From Tubulanus polymorphus (Eukaryota; Animalia; Nemertea), in assembly GCF_964204645.1 (NCBI RefSeq), contig NC_134033.1, positions 702,131 through 766,130 on the forward strand: DNA of 64,000 bases, in the 5' to 3' direction. The notes below the pieces were generated by a model. It worked only from the letters and a program-made list of their open reading frames with translations, had not been told where the DNA came from and made no database searches. This document shows, piece by piece, positions 11,322 through 24,816 of the stretch. The position numbers and the translations under genes were made by a program. How positions within the stretch are numbered: the stretch's first letter is position 1; every line of letters starts with the position of its first letter.

Positions 11322-14300
11322 ATGAATGATAAGAAGAGAGCGAATTTCTCGGCGTTAACGAGTTCAAGCAACGGTTTAAACCGCAACGTTTCACCACTCG
11401 CTAACAATAAACCAACTGCTGCTAAAAAACTAGTGATCAAAAACTTTAAAGGTTAGAAATTATCCGATTCCAGTTCCACTGTTACTGGATCTAGTTCCAC
11501 AGTTACTGGATCCAGTTCCACAGTTACTGAATCCAGTTCCACAGTTACTGGATCTAGTTCCACAGTTACTGGATCCAGTTCCACAGTTACTGGATCCAGT
11601 TCCACAGTTACTGGATCTAGTTCCACAGTTGCTGGATCCAGTTCCACAGTTGCTGGATCCAGTTCCACAGTTACTGGATCCAGTTCCACAGTTACTGGAC
11701 TCAGTTCCACTGTTACTGGATCTAGTTCCACAGTTATTGGATTCCAGTTCCACAGTTACTGGATCTAGTTCCACAGCTATTGGATACAGTTCCACAGTTA
11801 CTGAATACTATTCCACAGTTACTGGATCCAATTCCACGGTTATGGTATCCAGTTCCACACTTGAGGATCAGATTGTGGAACTGTGGAACTGGATCCTTGC
11901 AAAACTCGTTCAAGAATCCAGTAACAATCGGGATTTAAAATCTAGAAATGATCAGCTTATATCAAACAAGTCTCTGGTTGAGTGTGTATGAATTATTGAG
12001 ATGTTGAATTGTGTTTTTCAGAGAAGCCGAAATTGCCGGAGAATTATCACGTAGAAGCCTGGCACAAACTGAAGGAAGCAGTTGAAGCTATTCATACGAG
12101 TCATGCAATCAAATACAGCCTCGAAGAATTATATCAGGTACTATTAAAATCAGCTGACTATCATCATGCGGCGCTAAGATTGCAGGATATTGGACGTAGG
12201 AGCAACCAGGGGTTACCTGGTAGTACCTTGGAGCAATCAGGGGTTACCTGGTCATACCTTGGAGCAATCAGGGGGTACCTGGTCATACCTTGGAGCAATC
12301 AGGGGTACCTGGTCATACCTTGGAGCAATCAGGGGTACCTGGTCCTACCTTGGAGCAATCAGGGGTACCTGGTCATACCTTGGAGCAATCAGGGGTTACC
12401 TGGTCATACCTTGGAGCAATCAGGGGTTACCTGGTCATACCTTGGAGCAATCAGGGGTTACCTGGTCATACCTTGGAGCAATCAGGGGTTACCTGGTCAT
12501 ACCTTGGAGCAATCAGGGGTTACCTGGTCATACCTTGGAGCAATCAGGGGTTACCTGGTCATACCTTGGAGCAATCAGGGGTTACCTGGTGCAACAGGAG
12601 CAGTCATGAGTGCCTCATATTTATTTTACTCTTAGAATTCTCTTAAAATTTGCATATTTGAGGGAAGTGAGATATTGATAGTGATATACTGAATATTGAG
12701 ATACTTAGATATTGAAATACTGAAGTAATTAGATACTGAGATATCGATATTCTTGTTCGAGATAATTGTATACTGAGATAGTTATATGCTGAGATTGATA
12801 TACTGAGATAGTGATATACTGAGGTATTGAGATAATGGGATAGTGATATGCTGAGATAACGAGATAATGATATGCTTAGATAATGAGATACTGGGATAAT
12901 GATATGCTGAGATAATGAGATACTGGGATGGTGATATGCTGAGATAATGAGATACTGGGATGGTGACATATTGAGATAATGAGATAGTGATATGCTGAGA
13001 TAATGAGATACTGGGATGGTGATATACTGAGATATTGAGATAATGAGATAGTCGATGGTTGTATTTCAGGCCGTTGAGAACATGTGTTCTCATAAAATGT
13101 CAGCGACGTTGTACGACCAGTTGAAACAGGTTTGTGAAAGTTACGTACGATCGAATCTGGATCGATTCATCGAAGTGATGACCGATCACGAGCAATATTT
13201 GAAAATGATCGACGCGTGTTGGCAGGCTCATTGCCAACAGATGGTACGTAATCAACCCTACCCCCCGCCTAATGTCACCTTACAGTTCACTTTGTTATAC
13301 TATAGAATATTCAATGCACGCTATGTTTTGAATATGAGATGATGAATATTTGAATGAGTCATTCATTTATTCATCAGGGGCCGGTTCCATAGACAAGGCT
13401 CAGACTTAAGATCGGTCTAAGACAAACTTAGTTCTATAGCCAATCTAACAACTTAAGACCAGTCTCAAGATTTAAGACCACTTTTCGTCTTAAGTCTTGA
13501 CTATGGAAGTGGCCCCCAGCTGATGAAGCTTCTATGAATTAGTAGCAAAAGCTCATGAGTCAAATAAACTATTTAGACCTATATAGTACTACTCACATCT
13601 CGTTATCTATTCTAAACCTGGTTTACACCAGGCTACTCTACGTATGTTACTGAAGTAGGATTTAGAGTCCTCCAACATGGAGCAGTCCATCAGACCTAAA
13701 TGGAGAACCATCTCTACCATTGATATTACGAATCTTTATCTATTATTTATGTATTTTTCAGATAATGATTCGTAGTATATTCCTGTTTTTGGATCGGACC
13801 TACGTGCTTCAGAATTCAGCTATTGCCTCGATATGGTAAGAAGAATTATCTAGATTTTACTGCAGTAGATTTTTATCTCGCGCAGAAGAAGGATAGCTTT
13901 CACGAGTATCTCGTTGAAAATTTGAAAACTTAACACGGAAGTGTTAGTCCAGCTCCAATCCAAAAAACTGGCTACAGAACTTAATCTCTATGTTGCACGG
14001 GTCTGGAACTGTTTGTAATCTATGAGTTGTATATATTTGCAGGGATATGGGTCTGGAACTGTTTCGATTATATATAATCAGTAATCATTTAGTGCAGACG
14101 CGAACCGTCGATGGTTTATTGGTTCTAATCGAACGGGAAAGAAATGGAGATAAAGTAGATCGACAATTATTAAAAAGTCAGCTACGTATGCTTTCTGATT
14201 TACAGGTAAACACCCTCAAAGACAAGTCTAAGCTCTTTTGGTTCTATAACCAATCTAACAACTTAAGACCAGTCTAAGCTCATTTTGGTTCTATAACCAA

Positions 14301-17300
14301 TCTAACAACTTAAGACCAGTCTAAACTCATTTTGGTTCTATAACCAATCTAACAACTTAAGACCAGTCTAAGCTCATTTTGGTTCTATAACCAATCTAAC
14401 AACTTAAGACCAGTCTAAACTCATTTTAGTTCTATAACCAATCTAACAACTTAAGACCAGTCTAAACTCATTTTAGTTCTATAACCAATCTAACAACTTA
14501 AGACCAGTCTCAGCTCATTTTAGTTCTATAGTCAATGAAACAACTTTAAAACAGTTGGTCTAACCAGTGAATTTCGGACCATGCAACTTGGCAACTGTGC
14601 CTGGTTTGTATTTTGAATTGAAACACTGTTGATGTGTATATTGTAATTTTGTAGATCTATCAAGAAGCGTTTGAGTCAAAGTTTCTAGACGCAACCGATA
14701 GTCTATACTCTGTGGAGGGACAGAGTTTGATGCAGGATAGAGATGTAAGTATTCACAGTACCCCCCTCCCTCCCCCTCCCTCCCCCTCCCCCCACCTCTT
14801 CACGCCCATTCCTGCCAAGGGTAATAGTTTCACATTAACCTCTCGGTTTCTGCCTTTCAGGTTCCGGCGTTTTTGGCTCATGTCGACAAAAGATTAAACG
14901 AGGAATCGGAACGACTTTTACATTATCTCGATCAAACTACAAAGTAAAATAATCAGTAGTTCATATTTGCAGCACTAAAAACCTTCCCTGATTTTAACCG
15001 TGTTTATTTCTCTAAATTCAGGAAACCGTTGATAAATTGTGTTGAAAAAAATCTACTCGAAAAACATCTCGTTGCCATATTACAGAAAGGTATTATATAT
15101 TACACATGTAACATGTGTCTGTAACATGTACCTGTAACATGTACCTGTACCTGTAACCACTCTTGAAAATGGTTTTTAGTATAAAATCGAAATTCTGGTT
15201 TTTGATAAATTTTAATAGTTTCAATTTTTTTTTTAAACTTTTTCGATCCTGTGATTGTGGGACTCATATTCTATTCGTCACTCGCAATTCAATGCGTAGT
15301 TTTAACACGTTATGTAACATGTACCTGTAGCCTGTAACATGTACCTGTGTAACCTGTAACATGTGCCTGTAACATGGTGTAATCTGTTGTAGGATTGGAT
15401 CAGTTATTGGATGAGAATAGAATTCACGACCTGCGTCTGCTCTATCAGTTATTCTCGAGAGTTCGAGACGGTTTGAAGGAATTGTGTACGACGTTTGCGG
15501 CTTTCATTAAAGTAAGGAATTATATAGAGAGATTTTCGTCCCGGTTTTGAAACTCGAACCCGAGACTGATAATTATTTGAATTTTATTTTTTTTTTTTTA
15601 AGAAATCTGGTCGAATGATTGTCGTCAATCCAGAGAATAATCCCGATAAAGATCGCGACATGGTTCAACATCTTTTAGGTAAATATTGTAATCACCTGGC
15701 TTAGATTTAAGACCAGTGTTAAGACACGCATCTCGGTCCTGTAGCCAAAGTATCAACTAAAGATCAGTTTGAAGAAGATTAAGACAACTTATGACTTAAA
15801 ACAGTTTGACCACTGACCTGGCAAACTCAGGGAAGCAGAATTACCTAGAAAATAAATCAGGGAATTTGTTAATAGGACGGAACCGTGTAATAATTGACTG
15901 CAGCCAGCGCCTGGGGCCAGTTGCATAGTTATGGCTTTGACTTAAGACCAGTCTTAGACCGACTTAGTTCTATAGCCAATCTAACAACTTAAGACCAATC
16001 TTGAGATGTTAGACCAGTATTGGACTTAAGTCGTGACTATGCAACTGGCCCCTGGTTTAAAATTTAACTTCTGAATTGTCTACTAGTCGTTGGTATGAAA
16101 GTGAAAAGGTTTTTGATTTCGATTTGTTTCAGATTTTAAAGATAAAGTTGATAATATCGTCACCGTGTGTTTCATGCAGAATGAAAAATTCATCAATTCA
16201 ATGAAAGAATCGTTTGAATCATTTATTAATCAACGGCAAAATAAACCAGCTGAACTTATCGGTAAGTGGGAGCAGAGAGTGAGCGTGGGTGAGAATGAGA
16301 GAGGGAGTGAAGACTTGCGAGGGAGGTGGGGGAGGAGAGGAGATTGGAGGTGAGGTGAGGAGAGAGAGGAGACTGGAGGTGAGGTGAGGTGAGAGAGACA
16401 GAGTAGACTAGAGAGGGAGGTGGGAAGTTGAGAGAGAGGCAGAGGAGACTAGAGAGGGAGGTGGGAAGTTGAGAGAGAGGCAGAGTAGACTAAGAGAGGG
16501 AGAGGAGACTAAGAGAGGGAGGGGGAGGTGAGGAGAGGCAGAGATGACTTGAGAGGGAGGGAAGCAGAGGGAGGCTGGGGAAGTGGTGGTCAGAGGAGAG
16601 GCAACGTGAGGGGTGAACAGAGGGAGGTTAGTAAGCAGAAAGGGAGAGGGTAGATAGGGCTCTACTGTAGTTAATGCACGGTAGCCACTCGCCTGGAAAT
16701 CAGTGAATAGTCGCCCAGCCATGGAGAAGGCATTTTCTAAATTTCATTGTTCTGCCGTATTTTAGCAAAATATGTCGATACAAAACTGAGAGCTGGAAAT
16801 AAAGAAGCAACGGAAGAAGAACTGGAAAAATTACTCGACAAAATAATGGTTCTATTCAGATTTATCCACGGTACGTTTAACCAGCTCCACCTGGTGTTCA
16901 TTACTGAAGACATGCAGCAGACGGCAAACAGCCTAGCGCCCTCTAGTAGCTGATATATTTGTATATTGTTGCTCCGCGTATTTTCAGGTAAAGATGTATT
17001 TGAAGCGTTTTATAAGAAGGATCTAGCGAAGCGTCTGCTCGTCGGTAAAAGTGCGTCTGTCGATGCTGAGAAATCAATGTTATCCAAACTGAAACAGGAA
17101 TGTGGAGGTCATTTCACCAGTAAACTGGAGGGAATGTTTAAAGATATGGAACTCTCGAAAGATATCATGTTCGCTTTCAAACAGGTAACATTACACATAG
17201 CCGGGGAGGGGGCAGTTCACAGGGCCGGGGGAGGGGGGCAGTTCACAGGGCTGGGGGGAGGGGGCAGTTCACAGGGCCGGGGGCAGTTGCTCAATAGTTG

Positions 17301-20300
17301 GTTGAGTCAACCAGTGAATAGTTGACATAGAGACAATCAAATTGTTTTATAACCATGATATTTTTCCCGTAAGCCAGACCATCTTGTAGAACAGGGGGCC
17401 CAAGAAAGGGGTAGTACAGAGAGGTGCATTGGTCTAGTGGTTTAAGCCGCCGGTCACCGGTCTCGTCAATCCAGGGTTTATGGGTTCAAACCCAGGTGGT
17501 GATAGAGTTTCTCGGACGAAGGTTATTCTCTGGTCTCTCCCCCATTGGGAGAAAGAAAACTGCTTATAATGCCCTGCGTGGTGCTTAGCGGGTTGAGGGA
17601 ATTGAAAGAAAACTGAAAGAGGAAAGGGTACAGGTGCCTGGGGGAGGGGTACAGGCGCCTGGGGGAGGGGTACAGGCGCCTGGGGGAGGGGTACAGGCGC
17701 CTGGGGGAGGGGTACAGGCGCCTGGGGGAGGGGTACAGGCGCCTGGGGGAGGGGTACAGGCGCCTGGGGGAGGGGTACAGGCGCCTGGGGGAGGGGTACA
17801 GGCGCCTGGGGGAGGGGTACAAGCGCCTGGGGGAGGGGTACAGGCGCCTGGGGGAGGGGTACAGGCGCCTGGGGGAGGGGTACAGGCGCCTGGGGGAGGG
17901 GTACAAGCGCCTGGGGGAGGGGTACAGGCGCCTGGGGGAGGGGTACAGGCGCCTGGGGGAGGGGTACAGGCGCCTGGGGGAGGGGTACAGGCGCCTGGGG
18001 GAGGGGTACAGGCGCCTGGGGGAGGGGTACAGGCGCCTGGGGGAGGGGTACAGGCGCCTGGGGGAGGGGTACAGGCGCCTGGGGGAGGGGTACAGGCGCC
18101 TGGGGGAGGGGTACAGGCGCCTGGGGGAGGGGTACAGGCGCCTGGGGGAGGGGTACAGGCGCCTGGGGGAGGGGTACAGGCGCCTGGGGGAGGGGTACAG
18201 GCGCCTGGGGGAGGGGTACAGGCGCCTGGGGGAGGGGTACAGGCGCCTGGGGGAGGGTTCTAGGTCTCTGCGGTGTTGATCAGTTATTCTAAACTCGTAA
18301 AGTCTTCTATTTCAGTACATGACGAATCAAGAAGCTCCCGGAAATATCGAACTGACTGTGAATATATTAACAATGGGTTACTGGCCGACGTACGTCCCGG
18401 CCGAGGTTCATCTGCCTCCCGAGATGGTTCGATTTCAAGGAATATTTAAACATTTTTACCTGAGTAAACACAGCGGTCGTAAACTACAATGGCAATCGAC
18501 GCTCGGACATTGCGTTTTACGCGCTCACTTTCAGAAAGAACGTAAAGAGCTTCAAGTTTCTTTATTTCAATCTTTGTGTTTGATTTTATTCAATGACGCA
18601 GATTCTTATTCGTTCGAGGAAATCAAAAACGCGACGGCTATCGGTGAGTTTATTTACCTATACAGGGGGTAGGGTAGCTATCGGTGAGTTTATTTACCTA
18701 TACAGGGGTAGGGTAGCTATCAGAGTGTTTATTTACCTATACAGGGGGTAGGGAAGCTATCGGTGAGTTTATTTACCTATACAGGGGGTAGGGTACTAAC
18801 GGTGAGTTTATTCAAACATGGGGGGTGGAAGCATCACCAGTTCCACAGTCATATGACCCTATGCAGCTCCACAGTTAGGCTACCCACACAAATATCAAAC
18901 TGGATCACAGAAATGTGAGACTGGGTCCAGAAGATCCACTGCCGGATATCTTACCTAAAACTGAAGTATCAAGGATATGAACCCGGGCTCATTATCCACT
19001 TTCTATTAATAATTCAGGATCCAGTTCGACAGTTGTGAGTTAAGATTTAACTCCGAGTTAACTCATTGAAAATGAACTGATTTTAACTCAAGAGTTGTCT
19101 CTTACTCACAACTGTGGAACTGGATCATGAGTTCAGAATTAACTCTAACTCACAACTGTGAAACTGTTAGATGTGTGTGATTGTATGAATGTATATATGA
19201 TTATAGAGGAGAGTGAATTGAAACGCACGTTACAGTCTCTAGCCTGCGGTAAAGCTCGTGTGATCTCTAAAGAACCGAAGAGTAAAGAAGTAGAAAGCAC
19301 CGATCGATTCTTTTACAACGCGACGTTCAAACATAAACTATACAGAATACGTATTAATCAGGTCCAGATGAAAGAAACGGTAAGAGACAGTTCCACTCCT
19401 CAGAGTTCACAGTTCCACTCCTCAGAGTTCACAGTTCCACTCCTCAGAGTTCACAGTTCCACTCCTTAGAGTTCACAGTTCCACTCCTCAGAGTTCACAG
19501 TTCCACTCCTCAGAGTTCACAGCTCCACTCCTCAGAGTTCACAGTTCCACTCCTCAGAGTTCACAGTTCCACTCCTCAGAGTTCACAGTTCCACTCCTCA
19601 GAGTTCACAGCTCCACTCCTCAGAGTTCACAGTTCCACTCCTCAGAGTTCACAGTTCCACTCCTCAGAGTTCACAGTTCCACTCAGAGTTCACAGTTCCA
19701 CTCCTCAGAGTTCTCAATTCCGCTCAAGAGTTCACAGTTCCACTCCTCAGAGTTCACAGTTCCACTCCTCAGAGTTCTCAGATCCACTCATAGTTTTCAG
19801 AATCACTCAGAGTTCTCAGTTTACATTTAACTCTTATCCGTCAAAATAATTTCATTTTCGATGTTTTAATTCTTATTATTCAAATTATACGAGGGTTCAG
19901 AACTATTGAACTCAGTCCACAACTGTAGAACTGGATCCAGATGTATAGAACTAGGCCCAGAACTGTAAAACTGGGGCCAGAGCTAAAGAACTAGGTCCAG
20001 TAACATTGAAACTGGGGCCAGGTCTATGTTTGGTTTTGTTGCTGGTGTAAAATGAACTGATGTTTGTTTGTTTATTTATTTTTTCGATATTGAACAGCAA
20101 GAGGAGAATGTGAATACAACTGAGAGAGTGTTTCAGGATCGTCAATACCAGGTCGACGCAGCTATCGTCAGAATCATGAAAACACGTAAAACATTGAGTC
20201 ATAATTTATTGATTACTGAACTTTATAATCAACTGAAATTCCCTGTGAAAGTAAGTACTCACTCCGGCCCCCATCTCCCCTCCGCTCCTATTCTCCCCTC

Positions 20301-20744
20301 ACTCTGCTGCTCCCCTCACTCTCCCCCTCTCTCTCTCTTGTCCCTTTCTCTATCTCTTCAGTACATATCTCCTATTTCTTTTCTACCTATCCTTTTCTTC
20401 CTCTCTCCCCTCACTCACCCCCTCTCCCTCCTCTCTTTCTCTCCCTCTCTATCTCTGCCCCTCTCTCTTCCTTTTCTCTCCCTCCTCTCGTCCCTCACTC
20501 TATCTCTTAAGTACATTTCTCCTGATTCTCTTTCTCTCCTTTTCTCCCTCTCTCCCCCTCTGGCGCTCTCTTCCCCCCTCTCTCCATCCTCCCTCCATTT
20601 CTGTATTTCTGTTGAATCTGAATAAAATGTGATCCTGTCTAATTTCAGCCGTCAGATCTTAAAAAACGTATCGAGAGTTTAATTGATCGAGATTACATGG
20701 AACGAGACAAAGACAATCCGAATCAGTATCATTACGTCGCGTAG
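11322..20744 (+). CDS. CUL4: Cullin-4, 757 aa; exons 11322-11451, 12022-12137, 13070-13243, 13762-13835, 14043-14205, 14655-14744, 14861-14943, 15022-15089, 15393-15511, 15603-15678, 16133-16261, 16766-16870, 16988-17184, 18316-18643, 19207-19379, 20098-20250, 20649-20744
   Basis: [16 protein letters not shown]-terminus, [48 protein letters not shown], neddylation motif [11 protein letters not shown] and C-terminal [19 protein letters not shown]. Exons total 2274 nt in frame. Confidence 0.97.
11468..11895. repeat. 21-bp minisatellite (ACTGGATCCAGTTCCACAGTT)n; related arrays at 19389-19790, 25665-25800, 35503-35830 and 62905-63128
   Basis: Visible tandem units in several introns and spacers. 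Confidence 0.9.
12199..12590. repeat. 30-31-bp minisatellite in CUL4 intron 2
   Basis: (TTGGAGCAATCAGGGGTTACCTGGTCATACC)n. Confidence 0.92.
13378..13516. mobile_element. ~140-bp MITE with CAG target-site duplication (PIF/Harbinger-like)
   Basis: TIR gggccggttccatag / ctatggaagtggccc flanked by CAG on both sides. Same family at 4860, 15914, ~37860-38090 and ~56000-56160. Confidence 0.75.
14225..14535. repeat. ~47-bp tandem repeat derived from the interior of the 140-bp MITE family
   Basis: Unit ...ttctataaccaatctaacaacttaagaccagtct matches the MITE interior at 13430-13465. Confidence 0.85.
15914..16051. mobile_element. ~140-bp MITE with CTG target-site duplication
   Basis: Perfect TIR GGGCCAGTTGCATAGT / ACTATGCAACTGGCCC, with CTG on both flanks. 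Confidence 0.8.
17421..17595 (+). mobile_element. tRNA-derived SINE fragment
   Basis: Pol III A box TGGTCTAGTGG (~17430) and B box GGTTCAAACCC (~17483), without a full cloverleaf. Confidence 0.55.
17625..18258. repeat. 21-bp G-rich minisatellite (GGGGGAGGGGTACAGGCGCCT)n, ~30 units
   Basis: Near-perfect tandem array in CUL4 intron 13. Confidence 0.95.
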
Positions 20745-21924
20745 TGTCACTTCGATGCGCTAGGTGGCGCTGCAGCTCTACTCGGACAGACGGACGACGG
20801 ACAGTGTCGCGTGTGTGATCAATACTAAAGTGCTAAAACTATTGAAATTTCTCCTCGAAACTCGAGAGATTTTGTTATGATGTAAATAGATAACTGTGTG
20901 GAATATATTTAACTGAGTTCCTCGTGAGTTCTGATATAAACTCATCCTCACGAGTTCTCATATAAAACTCCTTATCCTCGTATCTCAAGAGAGTTCTGTT
21001 TGAAACTCGTGATGAGTGACTCCTCAACTGGATTTAAGAATTGTGATTATCAATAAGGAGGAACGTATGAGTCAGGATTTGAGGAGGAATCTTGGATCTA
21101 GAATTCCTCCGTTTACAGCTTCAGATATAAACACATTGCGGCTTCATTCATTGCAGTAACAAGAGTCAAATTATACTGAATATTTTTGAGTCCCTGAATT
21201 CTGTGAAACTGTAGCATAAAATTTGATGAAAGGGGCTGCAGGGGAGGGGTATGAGGTGTATTGACAAGGCAGTAGGGAGAGGGGGGTGTAGGCCTACTTT
21301 AAGGGGGTGTATTGACAAGGCAGGGTATTGGCCTACTGTAGGCTGAGAGGTATAGGCCTACTGTAAGCTGAGGGGTGTAAACCTACTGTTAGAAGAGGGG
21401 TGTATGCCTACTGTAGGCTGAGAGGTATAGGCCTACTGTTAGAAGAGGGGTGTATGCCTACTGTAGGCTGAGGGGTGTAGGCCTACTGTAGGCTGAGGGG
21501 TGTAGGCCTACTGTAGGCTGAGGGATGTAGGCCTACTGAAAGGGGCTGTTTCGATGATTTGCCGGACCCAGATTATAAACAGAATGTTTCAATATTCATT
21601 GATTGATAATAAATATTTGACTCTGAACAAAAGAAAAGTTTGATGATTTCTGTTTTTGAATTGCTCTGGAATCACTGCTTATTTTCCACTGCTGTCACAG
21701 TAGTTAGCTCATAGTGTTCACTGCAAACCTACTGATTCTGTACCCTGAGAGTCGGTTCAGCGCATACACTGACAATGAGTTGGCGTTCCCAGGCTACTGA
21801 TAAAAGGGCAACGTTCTGAGCTACTGAGGACTAATCCTCTTTACTTTATTTTTTGGTTCAGAATCCTAGGACCCACAGGGGCTCATATTTTGAAGTTTGG
21901 AGGTGAATAGTAGCTTCCAGATTA

Positions 21925-22345
21925 TCTGAAGGGGTGCAGAGTCCATGCCGCAGATTGTCTGAGGAGTTCAGATGGCTGCAGATTGTCTGAAGGGTTGCGG
22001 ATTACAGGCGGTAGATTGTCTGAAGGGGTGCAGGTTACAGGCTGTAGATTGTCTGAAGGGGTGCAGGTTACAGGCTGTAGATTGTCTGAGGGGTACAGAG
22101 TCCATGCCACAGATTGTCTGAAGGGGTCCAGGTTTTCCAGGCTGCTGCTGGTTGAAGGGGTCAAGGTTTTCCAGGCTGCTGCTGGTTGAAGGGGTCCAGG
22201 TTTTCCAGGCTGCAGATTGTCTGAAGGGGTGCAGGTGGGGGTCCAGGTTTTCCAGGCTGCTGCTGGTTTGAAGGGGTCCAGGTTTTCCAGGCTGCTGCTG
22301 GTTTGAAGGGGTCCAGGTTTTCCAGGCTGCTGCTGGTTTGAAGGG
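21925..22345. repeat. Composite minisatellite (CAGATTGTCTGAAGGGG / CCAGGTTTTCCAGGCTGCTGCTGG); related array at 45750-46180
   Basis: Visible tandem units. Confidence 0.85.
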
Positions 22346-24816
22346 AGTTTCATTCAACCAGAATAAAAACGAATATTGAACACTGTAAATCTATAAATGA
22401 ATCAAAGGTGACATTTTTATTTATTTAATTAATGACATTTTGTGAAACTGATTGTTAATGATGACACACAGTTTTAAATCTGAGAGACAAATTCATTATT
22501 GTAAAAATCAATCGATCGAATTTACAGAAGCCTTTATCATTACACACCACATTAGAATAATGACCAACAGTCGGCGCTAATCCAGCAGTCCGAGGACCTT
22601 TACAGAGTTACCTCTAGAGTACTAGGACCTCCTTACTGGGAGGTTCAAGGGAGTGCAAGAAATACCTCTATGCGCGGACCTCCAAACTGACAGGACCTTT
22701 ATCGTGCTAGAGATTACCTCTAGGTGTACTAGGACCTCCTAACTGGGAGGTTCAAGGGAGGAACCACCGTCCTAGAATTTAGCGATTTCAAAACAGTTTT
22801 TCATGATAAGAAAAGTACATTCATATTCAATCTAATACTACTACACTGACATTAAACCAAAAACACTCCACGCCGGATCCTCGAGTCGTTTACAAGATGG
22901 CCGCCTTCACGAACTCACTATGACATCATCAACTATTCGATTCATTGGAACGAACAGTTTGAAATAATAGCGGTAGAATGTGTAATTAGTGATGTCATAG
23001 GAGGAATGCACGGAGGCCATGTTAGAAGTCAATCGAATGAGGCGTCTCGTAATGACGTGATTGGGTTAATTTGACTGAAGCTTTAAACCGTTATTTACAC
23101 AATATTTTATATACAATATGGCCGCCATGAAGCTAGTTAATCTTCAAAATACTCTTTTAACACAGTAAAAAAGTGAAAACTCAAGCTTAAGTCGTAGTTA
23201 TCACGACTTATTCAAATGATGACTTACACCTAGTAAATAGAATTAGAAATACAAATCCGGACTCGAACTTACAGTAGAACTTGCTTACCGGTAATTTCGG
23301 ATTTTCATCAAATACAGATGAAATATTCGATCCATTTAACCTAGAACCATGTAAATAACTATTCATAATTGGGATTTTACTTAATTTGGTCAGTCACCCG
23401 AATTACAGCGAGTTCTACCCTAGAGTCTAATTCAATAACGCGACGACTTGCAACTAGAGTTCGACTGATCTGATCTATAAACAATTCGACACGATAGAGA
23501 AAGCGGAACAATTGAGGAGAGACGCTGCCTCAGGTGTGAGGGGTGAATTTAAACCTGTACGAGTGAAGAAGCCATGTATTCTATCCATGGAACCAAAACA
23601 TTTATTTACTTACCTTGAAAAATTCTAAGGGGCCGAGACCAGTGATTACGTATGCCGTACAAACTAGACCAACATTTCTAAAATGACTATTTCTCAAAAT
23701 CGAAAGAGTTTTAAGGGCGAGTTTCAGGCATTTTGCTCAAATTAGTTTTGAAGATGCACCTTTAAAAACATTTCCGTTTTGAAGGAATGAAGGAGTCGTA
23801 AAGACCAAGCTCTACTCCTCGTTTCAGCGTAGGACGTATTTTCACTAAACGGCCGTCTCTAAACCGGGTTCACGGAAGACAAGAAAAAAACCGATTCCGC
23901 AACAATCAATTTACCAATTATACACTTCACAACATGAGAGACATCATATCAAACTAATTAAACTGGTTATTAATTAAACCAATTATCAATTAATTAATTA
24001 ATTAATCGATCAATGCTAATAAGAGAATCAGTTGGAATGTCATCATATATCAAAGACGTTACGACACAAGTAGAAAATGATCCCTGAATTTCATCGGTGT
24101 CATCATTGATACAGCGTATCGTATCTGATACATCGGTGTAATCATTGATACAGCGTATTGTATCTGATACACAGATCCCTGCTGATTGAGGCTCCTCTTA
24201 AACAGAGAAAGGTGCGCTGAAAAACTGGTGACTTTCAACTATAGGTAACACAGCTACCGACACAACAGCTATTAGCAGCTATTGACAGCTACTAAAGGCC
24301 ACTTACTAACATGACAGATACCGTCGTGACTGAACATTTCACACCTTACGTTCATTCAAAACGTTTAAATCAATACAGAATCAAATAACTGAAATAGATT
24401 CATCCATCGATTCCTCTACAGACACAGATTCCTCTACAGATTCATCCATAAATTCCTCGAGAGGGAAATAAAAACACTTTTAGAATCAGCTTCAAAATGT
24501 GGCTTATTTCAATCATAGAACGATGAACTGTTCATTAAACCGGTTGTCTCTCTAGCGTGTCAAGGTACCACTCCCTTGTCTCTCTAACGTGTCGTGGTAC
24601 CACTCCCTCCAGTAACACCACTCCCTCCGGTAACAAATAATAAATCTCTCTCACAAATCACATTCCTCACGTTCTTTTTTACACAAACGCAATTTCTATT
24701 TTTTCTCTCTCTTTCTCAAATATACGGAACACATAATCAGGTTTATAACAATCGGTAATCGCTATGACGACGCGCGAATGCTGCTGCTATGACGACGGAG
24801 TAATATAGAGCAGACG

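Noticed and set aside
17421-17500. tRNA gene
   Set aside because: A and B boxes are present but there is no acceptor or anticodon stem; treated as a SINE head. The same applies at 59820-60050.
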